From Candidatus Thorarchaeota archaeon (GTDB lineage: Archaea; Asgardarchaeota; Thorarchaeia; Thorarchaeales; Thorarchaeaceae): a DNA stretch of 17,201 bases. Positions 7,747 through 14,918 of this stretch are shown piece after piece; positions within the stretch are counted from its first letter, which is position 1, and each line of letters begins with the position of its first letter. The DNA is taken from positions 1-17,201 of the forward strand of contig JAEOUG010000055.1 of assembly GCA_016839445.1 (NCBI GenBank), written 5' to 3'. The translations under genes and the position numbers were made by a program. Below the pieces are notes generated by a model. The model was not told where the DNA came from, made no database searches, and was given only the letters and a program-made list of their open reading frames with translations.

Positions 7747-8043
7747 TTACTCACTCTCCATCCGAATGCTCTCAGTTGGGCACTCATGAGCACATATTCC
7801 GCAGCCTTTGCAGAAGTCATAGTCGTACTCGTAGAAGTACTTGCCATCCTTCTCCGTTAGCTTCACAGCATTGTCCGGACAGAAGATCCAGCAGCGGCCA
7901 CATGTACCGTTCTTTATCCACAGGCAAGCCTCAGGATTGTGGATTGGGCGCTGTGCCCGCCACCCTCCGGTCTTGTACTCTGTTGCGTTTCCCGGCTTGA
8001 CAATGTTGCCAGCGATGGGAATCTCGTTGTACTTCTCGCTCAT
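7747..8043 (-). CDS. porD: Pyruvate:ferredoxin oxidoreductase delta subunit (2x[4Fe-4S])
   Basis: YKTGGWR-x-x-RP, C...[30 protein letters not shown] overlap with porG. Confidence 0.95.
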   Translation of the reverse strand: MSEKYNEIPIAGNIVKPGNATEYKTGGWRAQRPIHNPEACLWIKNGTCGRCWIFCPDNAVKLTEKDGKYFYEYDYDFCKGCGICAHECPTESIRMESE

Positions 8044-8615
8044 CCGATCTTTGCCTCCTTGACTGCTCTCTCTATAGCTACCTTGTTGAGGTCTCCAACC
8101 TTGCCAGGATATCTCTCCTGCACCTCTTTGATGACGGTCTCAACAGCCACTACACCTGTGGCCTTGACAGCGGCAGCCATCGTGGGCATATTATAGAAGG
8201 GCCGACCCATCACTTCGAGAGCGATCTTCGTGGCATCCACCGTGACCACTTTCCCTGTGCTGAAGCCGAACTTCTTGCGAATCTCGGCTGGGTCCTTCTC
8301 ACTGTTGACTACCAGTATCCCGTCTTCCTTGAGGCCTTCGGCTGGATTCACTACGTCAAGTAGCGTCGGGTCAATGCAGACGACAACGTCTGGGCGATAG
8401 ACTTGGGCATAGACCTGAATCGGATCCTTGCTTATACGAAGGAAAGCTCGCACTGGCGCACCTGTTCTCTCAGGTCCGAACTCGGGGAAGGCTTGTATGT
8501 AGTTGCCCTCCGCAAGCGCTGCCTTGCCTAGCATCTGATTCGAGGTCACAACTCCTTGACCGCCTCGACCGTGCCATCTGAATTCTGTAATTCCCTTAGC
8601 GAAATCCAAGGCCAT
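8040..8615 (-). CDS. porG: Pyruvate:ferredoxin oxidoreductase gamma subunit
   Basis: [48 protein letters not shown] lies 7 nt upstream. The gamma-delta-alpha-beta order is the established four-subunit POR arrangement. Confidence 0.95.
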   Translation of the reverse strand: MALDFAKGITEFRWHGRGGQGVVTSNQMLGKAALAEGNYIQAFPEFGPERTGAPVRAFLRISKDPIQVYAQVYRPDVVVCIDPTLLDVVNPAEGLKEDGILVVNSEKDPAEIRKKFGFSTGKVVTVDATKIALEVMGRPFYNMPTMAAAVKATGVVAVETVIKEVQERYPGKVGDLNKVAIERAVKEAKIG

Positions 8616-8697
8616 TGTAAATTCACCTACGTAGGTTCGTAGAAGCTTCTGAGAGGTGGGGCCCAGAGCCGTGCTTATGTATTTGTTGGAGTGAACA

Positions 8698-9069
8698 CTA
8701 GACGGATGGCCGAAGCTGGTACGCTAGGTTGGCAGAGAGAAGCAGTGTAAGGAGACAGAAGTAGTACCCTGCATCCCCCATTCTGGGAAACAAGGCATTC
8801 AGGAGAGCAATTGCGAGGACAGAGAAGAAGAGCCCTACGACGCCATCACGTCTACGTCTAAGTGAGAGGACTGAAAACACCATACAGATGCCTCCCAGTA
8901 TCAGATTGGCGAATCCGAGAACCATAAGGATGCTTCCGAAGTGCACTGAGTTCGCGGCATTGAGCAGGAGCAGATACCCTGAAAATGAGGCTAGCCACCC
9001 ACACACAATTGCAGACGTTGCAGTAACCCAAGGCCTCCTCTCAAGAGCGTACAATGGAGCACTCTCCAA
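8698..9069 (-). CDS. Hypothetical membrane protein (about 4 TM helices)
   Basis: 123-aa ORF filling the gap between the PKS and porG on the same strand. It has four hydrophobic segments and an RRRRD inside-positive loop. The TTG start is uncertain. Confidence 0.7.
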   Translation of the reverse strand: MESAPLYALERRPWVTATSAIVCGWLASFSGYLLLLNAANSVHFGSILMVLGFANLILGGICMVFSVLSLRRRRDGVVGLFFSVLAIALLNALFPRMGDAGYYFCLLTLLLSANLAYQLRPSV

Positions 9070-9162
9070 TGCTAGTTTCCTCGCCGCCTGCCATGGAACT
9101 CATTCACTCAAATACCTATGCGCGTAATGAGTCGGGGACACTAGGGGGGTTGCCGTGGCGAC

Positions 9163-10278
9163 CTAGAGGTCCAACTTCTCCATCAAGCCAACTTCGACTG
9201 TGATGCCTGGTCCAAATGCGGCCGCGAACACCCTTCCCTTTTTCTTCGAATCTCCCAGAATGTCCGCCAAGACGAACATGATGGTGGTTGAACTCATGTT
9301 CCCGTACTCCTGCATCACCCTGTATGAAGCGTCCAAGTCCTCCTTGGATATTCCCAGCGCCTCCTCTGACTTCTCCAAAATGGCCCTGCCTCCAGGGTGG
9401 ATTGCCCAGATGTCGATCTCTTCCTGTTTGATGCCAGACTCCTCAAAGAGGCCGTCCATGAGTGGTTTGATGTTGTCTTGCACGATCTTTGGAACATAGA
9501 CAGAGAGTTTCATCAAGAATCCATGGTCGCCAATCTTCCATGCCATGTCCTTCTCAGTATCGGCAGCGAAGCTTGTGGCGAAATTGTCCAGTCGATACTT
9601 CGTACCTTTGACATCATCCCTGTGGGCTGAGATCAGCGCCGCTGAAACACCGTCTGCGAAGATGGCATTCGAAACAACGATGTCCATCTCCTCCCTCTGC
9701 TGCATGTGGACTGAGCACAGTTCGACATTGACGAGGAGAACACGGGCATCTGGATCTGCAAGGCAGATATCACGAGCCAGCTTCATTCCTGGAAACGCAC
9801 CCTGACAACCCATGAATCCGATGTTGTACCTGTGAACCGTAGGCTTCAGTCCTAAATCTCGCGCGAGGAAGAAGTCCAGTCCTGGCGCTACAAATCCTGT
9901 ACAACTGACGGTTATTACGTGCGAGATCTTCCTCCGGTCGAACTCCGGAGTCTCCTCGAGGAGTTCCTCTGAAGCTTTCAGTGTGAGGCGCTTCGCCTCC
10001 TGGATGTAGAGATCGTTCCTTTGCGCGGTTGAGGGCTCAGGCTTCAGTGTGGGGTTCTTGGGATAGAAAGTGTACTCTGAAGGATCTTTGTCATAGTCCT
10101 CAATCACTGTGTGGCGCTTCTTGATCTGCGTACCTCTGTAGAGCTTGGTCAGAAGATTCCTTTTCTTCTCTGAGTCACCAACGAGCTTCAACAAGAACTC
10201 GAGGGCGAACTCCTGGGTGTAGGACTTCTCAGGAACCACAGTCACGATTCTGTGTAGGTAGACGTCGGTTGTGTTCAT
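9163..10278 (-). CDS. Type III polyketide synthase (chalcone/stilbene synthase family)
   Basis: Catalytic Cys in GFMGCQGA, His in WAIHPGGRAIL, Asn in YGNMSS, gatekeeper Phe in NAIFADG. Also ITVSCTG, ELCSVH, MAWKIGDHGF and AFGPG. Start is ATG 10278 (MNTTDV), alternatively TTG 10293. Confidence 0.93.
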   Translation of the reverse strand: MNTTDVYLHRIVTVVPEKSYTQEFALEFLLKLVGDSEKKRNLLTKLYRGTQIKKRHTVIEDYDKDPSEYTFYPKNPTLKPEPSTAQRNDLYIQEAKRLTLKASEELLEETPEFDRRKISHVITVSCTGFVAPGLDFFLARDLGLKPTVHRYNIGFMGCQGAFPGMKLARDICLADPDARVLLVNVELCSVHMQQREEMDIVVSNAIFADGVSAALISAHRDDVKGTKYRLDNFATSFAADTEKDMAWKIGDHGFLMKLSVYVPKIVQDNIKPLMDGLFEESGIKQEEIDIWAIHPGGRAILEKSEEALGISKEDLDASYRVMQEYGNMSSTTIMFVLADILGDSKKKGRVFAAAFGPGITVEVGLMEKLDL

Positions 10279-10458
10279 GATGATTGCCTCCAATGCATCT
10301 GCGCGTGCGTGTGCTCATCGAGTGCTGTGGATTATCATGTGGCCCCAGAGATTCATAGATAAGTTTCTTGATACGGAATCAATGGAGTCCTTGTGACTCG
10401 TAGGGCCCATCATTGCTGATTCTTTCAGCGGAGCGTCTAGGAGTTAACCATACACGGG

Positions 10459-10490
10459 TGAGAAAGAGACGCGGGGAGCAGTCCCCGCGT
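10459..10490 (-). terminator. Hairpin plus CU-rich tail after beta-helix gene 1
   Basis: ACGCGGGGA-GCAG-TCCCCGCGT (10469-10490, perfect 9-bp stem) 16 nt after the stop. The minus strand continues CTCTTTCTCA. Confidence 0.6.
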
Positions 10491-10506
10491 GGGTCTAAGT
10501 TCTGAC

Positions 10507-11778
10507 TTATCGCCGTTTCCTGAGGAATCCGGCCACACCAAGTAGAACGACCATGAGACCGATTGCCACGTAGGGAAAGACATCGAGATACTGGTTCCCA
10601 TTCGATGTAGTGCCCGTGGTTGTAGATGGGATTGGCCCATCGGGGTCAACTAGCGGATATGGATCGTTATTCTCTGCATCTCCCTCGATTGCGTACGGAT
10701 TGTCTACAATGTTGTTGCCGTCCACATCTGGGGATGTCCACTCGCTGAAGTAGTTGTAGAAGAATGCGTTATCTTCTCCGTCATCCTCGACCTGACATCC
10801 ATCAGCATTTTCGGTGAGAACGTTCAGAGTCACTGTTGTGTTCTCGGCGGCGCCACCGAGCTTGATCCCGTATTCCGTGCAGTTGCTCACAGTGTTCTCT
10901 TGCAGGATACCGCGGCTCCCAAGAGCGAGGTATATGCCCACCGCCGTGCAATCGCTCACGACGTTACCGGAAATCTCAATGTTGCTTCCAGAAGTCATGA
11001 TTCCTGTTCCTTGAGTCCCGGTGACATTATTGTCCGCTATGACTGTATCAACTGCGCTTGGAATCACTATCGAGTCAAACTCACCGTCTGTGACTGTGTT
11101 GTTTCGGATCTCTGCTCTCAGACATACCAATATTCGAATGGCATTAAGCCCTCCAACAAACGTGTTATCAGAGAACTCAGAGTCATTGAAGCCCCCTGTC
11201 ATCCATATGTTGTTTCCCAGGTTGCCGTGGAAGTCGTTGCCCGAGATTATGCAGTTTGACATCCCGTTGAGGGACACAATGCCCTGCTGATCATTGTCGT
11301 AGATCTCATTGTCAATAATGCTGCAGTTCCTTGTGACATCGACCGCGTTGATGCCAAGGTCTCTGTTTCTAATCACATTCCCCGAGATGACGCCGTTCGA
11401 GACGTTGCTCAGCCAGATTCCAGCAGCATACGGGGGGCCTCCTTCAAGTAGGCAATCACTCAACACCCAGTGGAGGTCCACATTCCAGATCCGAACTGCA
11501 GCCACTCCTGTGTCGGTGATTCTGTAGCCTGATATCGTTACAGGGCTCTCTGAACTCCCCGTCCCTAGCCAGCTCTCTGAGGACGCTTGAGCCAGCAAGT
11601 CTTCATTGCCATCGATGTAGATTGCTGCGTGGTCTGTGTAGGCCGCCGGGATGGCAAGGCCCCTTGCTCCTGTGGGTGTAAGCCTATCTCCTATCCCAAG
11701 AGTGAGCCCAGGGGCCACTGCCATGAGCAGCAGTACGACGAGCCCAATGGCGGGCACAATACGTCTTGTCATTTTCAT
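10507..11778 (-). CDS. Surface-anchored right-handed parallel beta-helix (NosD/CASH-like) protein, paralogue 1
   Basis: Signal peptide, YTDHAAIYIDGN...GTGS..SPVTISGYRI cap, many I-x-x-N repeats, PDVDGNNIVDNPY...NDPYPL, Thr-rich linker, TM helix and RKRR tail. Start ATG 11778 has a GGAG SD; ATG 11802 is an alternative. Confidence 0.88.
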   Translation of the reverse strand: MKMTRRIVPAIGLVVLLLMAVAPGLTLGIGDRLTPTGARGLAIPAAYTDHAAIYIDGNEDLLAQASSESWLGTGSSESPVTISGYRITDTGVAAVRIWNVDLHWVLSDCLLEGGPPYAAGIWLSNVSNGVISGNVIRNRDLGINAVDVTRNCSIIDNEIYDNDQQGIVSLNGMSNCIISGNDFHGNLGNNIWMTGGFNDSEFSDNTFVGGLNAIRILVCLRAEIRNNTVTDGEFDSIVIPSAVDTVIADNNVTGTQGTGIMTSGSNIEISGNVVSDCTAVGIYLALGSRGILQENTVSNCTEYGIKLGGAAENTTVTLNVLTENADGCQVEDDGEDNAFFYNYFSEWTSPDVDGNNIVDNPYAIEGDAENNDPYPLVDPDGPIPSTTTGTTSNGNQYLDVFPYVAIGLMVVLLGVAGFLRKRR

Positions 11779-11873
11779 CCTATCTCCAAGTCTCGGTTTC
11801 ATACCAAGATTGAAGCAGAAGATTGGGCTAATACTAAGTACATTTGCTCTTGGCGCAACGCCCTAGACCCAGG

Positions 11874-11910
11874 CAAGGGAAGACGGCTGCGGCAGTAGGA
11901 CACCGCAGCC
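11874..11910 (-). terminator. Hairpin plus CU-rich tail after beta-helix gene 2
   Basis: GGCTGCGG (11885-11892) pairs with CCGCAGCC (11903-11910), 11 nt after the stop. The minus strand continues GTCTTCCCTTG. Confidence 0.55.
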
Positions 11911-11921
11911 TCAGGTCCATA

Positions 11922-13199
11922 CTATCTTCCACGCTTCAAGAAGACTGCCACTATGACGAGAATCACAATGGCTCCCACGGCAACGAACGGAACTAGGTCC
12001 ATCGAACCTCCTGTGCCTTCGGTCGTAGATCCCGTTACTGTGTTTCCTGTTGCTGTCGGAATCGTAGGGCCATCGATGTCGACGAGCGGGTATCGGTCTT
12101 GGTTCGCGGCGTCGCCATCCAGCAGGTATGGCTCATCCACAACATTGTCAGCATTCAAGTCTGGCGCAGTCCAATCGCTGTAGTGATTGAAGTAGAAGAC
12201 GTTGTCCTCTCCATCATCTTCAATCTGACATCCATCGCTATTGTTGATGAAGGAGTTCTTAGTCACCGTGGCATTGTCCGTGGTTGGACTCAGCGAGAGG
12301 CCGTACTCTGTCGAATTCGTTACTGTGTTGTTCTGAATCACGTGGAAGCCTCCGCTTGCCACCCTGATGCCTATTTCAGAGGAGTCTGCCACCGTATTGG
12401 ACTCTACAATGAAGTTGCCACCGGAAACGAGAATCCCTTGGCCTCCACAGCAAGTCACTGTGTTTTCAGTGATTGCCATGTTGGATGAGCTAAGAACCAT
12501 GAGACCGTCCATTTCTGTTTCGGATATGGTGTTGTGATGCACCACTGACCCTATGCCACCAGCAGCGTTGATCCCGTAGGTTCCGTCTGTGATTGTGTTA
12601 TCAGAAATCAGAGTGTTCGTGTATCCACCGGTGATCCACAGATTCGCTCCGAAATTGTCATGGAACACATTGTCCGAGATTATGCAGTTCAACATGCCAC
12701 CCTGCCCTTCGAACGCGTTTGCCGTATTGTCGTATACTTGGTTTCCAGTGAAGTTGCAGTTCACAGAGCCACCGTAGGCAAGGATTCCGCTGTGCCTATC
12801 ACGGATTACGTTGCCTGAGAACTCCCCATTTGAAATGTTGACGGCCCATAATCCACACACATACGGAGGCCCTCCCTCAAGTAGGCAGTTCCTAATAATC
12901 CAGAACAGGTCAACGTTCCACAGCCTTATGCACTGGGTTGTCGAGTCGGTTATTCTGTATCCTTCTATGATGATTGGGTTGCTGGCCGTGCCATTTCCGT
13001 CCCAGGACTCAGCGGCGGCCTGACTCAAGAAGTCGGAGTTTCCGTCAATCCAAATAGCGTCATGGTCAGTGTAAGCTGCCACCACGGCCCCGTCTTGGGC
13101 TGCCATCTGGGCGGCTCTGTCTGGTCCCACAAGAGTCCCTGTTACTAGTAGCGCCAAGAGGGTTAGAGCTCCTACAAATGCTAATCCACGCAGTCTCAT
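11922..13199 (-). CDS. Surface-anchored beta-helix (NosD-like) protein, paralogue 2
   Basis: Same architecture as paralogue 1 and colinear with it (YTDH, GYRITD, CLLEGGPPY, DGCQ-x-EDDGEDN, YPLVD-x-DGP). Ends in a TM helix and KRGR. Confidence 0.9.
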   Translation of the reverse strand: MRLRGLAFVGALTLLALLVTGTLVGPDRAAQMAAQDGAVVAAYTDHDAIWIDGNSDFLSQAAAESWDGNGTASNPIIIEGYRITDSTTQCIRLWNVDLFWIIRNCLLEGGPPYVCGLWAVNISNGEFSGNVIRDRHSGILAYGGSVNCNFTGNQVYDNTANAFEGQGGMLNCIISDNVFHDNFGANLWITGGYTNTLISDNTITDGTYGINAAGGIGSVVHHNTISETEMDGLMVLSSSNMAITENTVTCCGGQGILVSGGNFIVESNTVADSSEIGIRVASGGFHVIQNNTVTNSTEYGLSLSPTTDNATVTKNSFINNSDGCQIEDDGEDNVFYFNHYSDWTAPDLNADNVVDEPYLLDGDAANQDRYPLVDIDGPTIPTATGNTVTGSTTEGTGGSMDLVPFVAVGAIVILVIVAVFLKRGR

Positions 13200-13298
13200 C
13201 TTGTCTCACATCCAACGAGTCGAGGTCGCATCCAGCGAACCACTGAGCGCATTTAACGTGGTGCTCGGCGCAACAAGGTGTAGCTTCCCGCCCCGCGA

Positions 13299-14663
13299 CT
13301 ATCGAAACTTCTTCAGGACCACCACCAATACAAGTCCTGCAATTCCCATAGCCAGTGCAATCAGGATAACGGGCATCTGGCTCTCAGTTTCTGTACCACT
13401 GGTTGTAGTTGTGGGCAATGAATACCAGGTCGGAAGGTCATGCGCCGGTAAGGCGAGTGGATACGCATCCGAATTGGCCGCAGTGCCATTGATCTGGTAG
13501 GGAATATCAACATAGGCATCTTCGTTTTCATTTGGAGTTGTCCAAATGTCCCAGAAGTTCTCATGGAAGTGATTACCGGATCCGAGATCGTATGCGTGAC
13601 TGCCCTCCCCATTACAGAGGAAGTTGTTTCCAGTGATATCGTTTCCCTGGCAGTTCTCAGAGAACTCCACGCCCCATTCCGTATTGTTGGCGACTGTGTT
13701 GCTTCTTATTGTGTTATGCGAACCAGAACGTCCCGTGAACTGCGAGTGATAGAACCTCAGACCTGTCTCGGAGTTGTGAGCTATGTAGTTGCCTATGACG
13801 CTGTTATTCTCGGTCCCAATGGATGCGCCATTCCTGTTTCCAACAAGGTTGTTTGACACAAGTGTGCCGTTGCCAGCACTGACCAGTACGCCGTTGTTAC
13901 ATGCCTCCACCGTGTTGTTCTCAATCCATACCGACCCTGACCCCACGGCTATGCCATTGACGCCCTGACTTGAGATGGAGTTGTCGGAGATTGTGCAGTT
14001 GAATGCCTCTAGCACCTTGATTCCGTCTCCCCCATTCGCGCTGACATTGTTTCCCGCGATCTCGAGATTCATGCTTGACGGAGCGCCATATGGGTTCCCG
14101 ATGTAGATGCCGCCATCTGGGTTGCCCGTGACCCGGTTGCAGCTGACAACCACGTTGCTCGAGGCATGCTCCACAACCACTCCATACATGATGTTGTCCC
14201 ATACTTCATTTCCCGAAATGACGTAGTTCTCAACATGAACAACATGGATTCCAACTGCAGCTCTTCTCACAAGGTTGCTTGCGATGGTCCCGTTTGAGGA
14301 GTCTATGATCGCTATCCCACACCAGATGCCGCTGATTCCATCAAGCGAGTTACCTGCGAAGACGTAGTGGACTCCCGAGTTGCTCACGCGGAACATGTGC
14401 TCTGCCGCTATGAACCTGTAGCCGGTGATGATGTAAGGAGCAGTCTCCGATCCATTGCCGCTCCAACCTTCCAGCGTTGCGGTGTCATGGAATTCTTGAT
14501 CCCCATCAATGAGGATAGGGTCATGATCCGTATATGCCAGACTCCTATCCAAGTCGGGCTGTAGGCTTGAGGGGCAGCCGAAACTCGCTATCGGCAATAC
14601 AACTCCCACTAACAGCAGGCTAATTGGAACAAGGCTAAGGGGTCTTCTTCCGCGTGACTGCAT
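13299..14663 (-). CDS. Surface-anchored beta-helix (NosD-like) protein, paralogue 3
   Basis: Signal peptide, YTDHDPILIDGD...WSGNGSETAPYIITGYRF, beta-helix repeats, NFWD...YVDIPYQI...SDAYPL, Thr-rich linker, TM helix and KKFR. Confidence 0.9.
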   Translation of the reverse strand: MQSRGRRPLSLVPISLLLVGVVLPIASFGCPSSLQPDLDRSLAYTDHDPILIDGDQEFHDTATLEGWSGNGSETAPYIITGYRFIAAEHMFRVSNSGVHYVFAGNSLDGISGIWCGIAIIDSSNGTIASNLVRRAAVGIHVVHVENYVISGNEVWDNIMYGVVVEHASSNVVVSCNRVTGNPDGGIYIGNPYGAPSSMNLEIAGNNVSANGGDGIKVLEAFNCTISDNSISSQGVNGIAVGSGSVWIENNTVEACNNGVLVSAGNGTLVSNNLVGNRNGASIGTENNSVIGNYIAHNSETGLRFYHSQFTGRSGSHNTIRSNTVANNTEWGVEFSENCQGNDITGNNFLCNGEGSHAYDLGSGNHFHENFWDIWTTPNENEDAYVDIPYQINGTAANSDAYPLALPAHDLPTWYSLPTTTTSGTETESQMPVILIALAMGIAGLVLVVVLKKFR

Positions 14664-14918
14664 GATCAGATGAACGCTCCTGCTTCAATAGAACAGCACT
14701 CCTCTGCCTCAATTAAGCAGATGGGGTCAACGCAATGGATGAGGCGCACTTGGAGATAGGGTGGCCGTGAGGGCCACCCGTCCCCCATACGTGAGGAGAA
14801 AACGCAATTGCGAGCAAGAGACTGGTCCTTACCCGTGGAACCTATCCGAGCCGCAAAAGCTCATTGAGGAAGTAGGACACTCCAAGTATTAATAGGTCTA
14901 CCATCCGCGCAAGCGGCT

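Noticed and set aside
11894-14880. AGTAGGACAC 10-mer at 11894-11903 and 14871-14880, both downstream of beta-helix genes
   Set aside because: It is short enough to arise by chance, lies at different distances from the stops, and is absent after the other two paralogues.
14748-14887. Possible MITE bounded by 8-bp inverted repeats
   Set aside because: There is no target-site duplication, no second copy and no transposase in the window. Retained only as a possible structured RNA.
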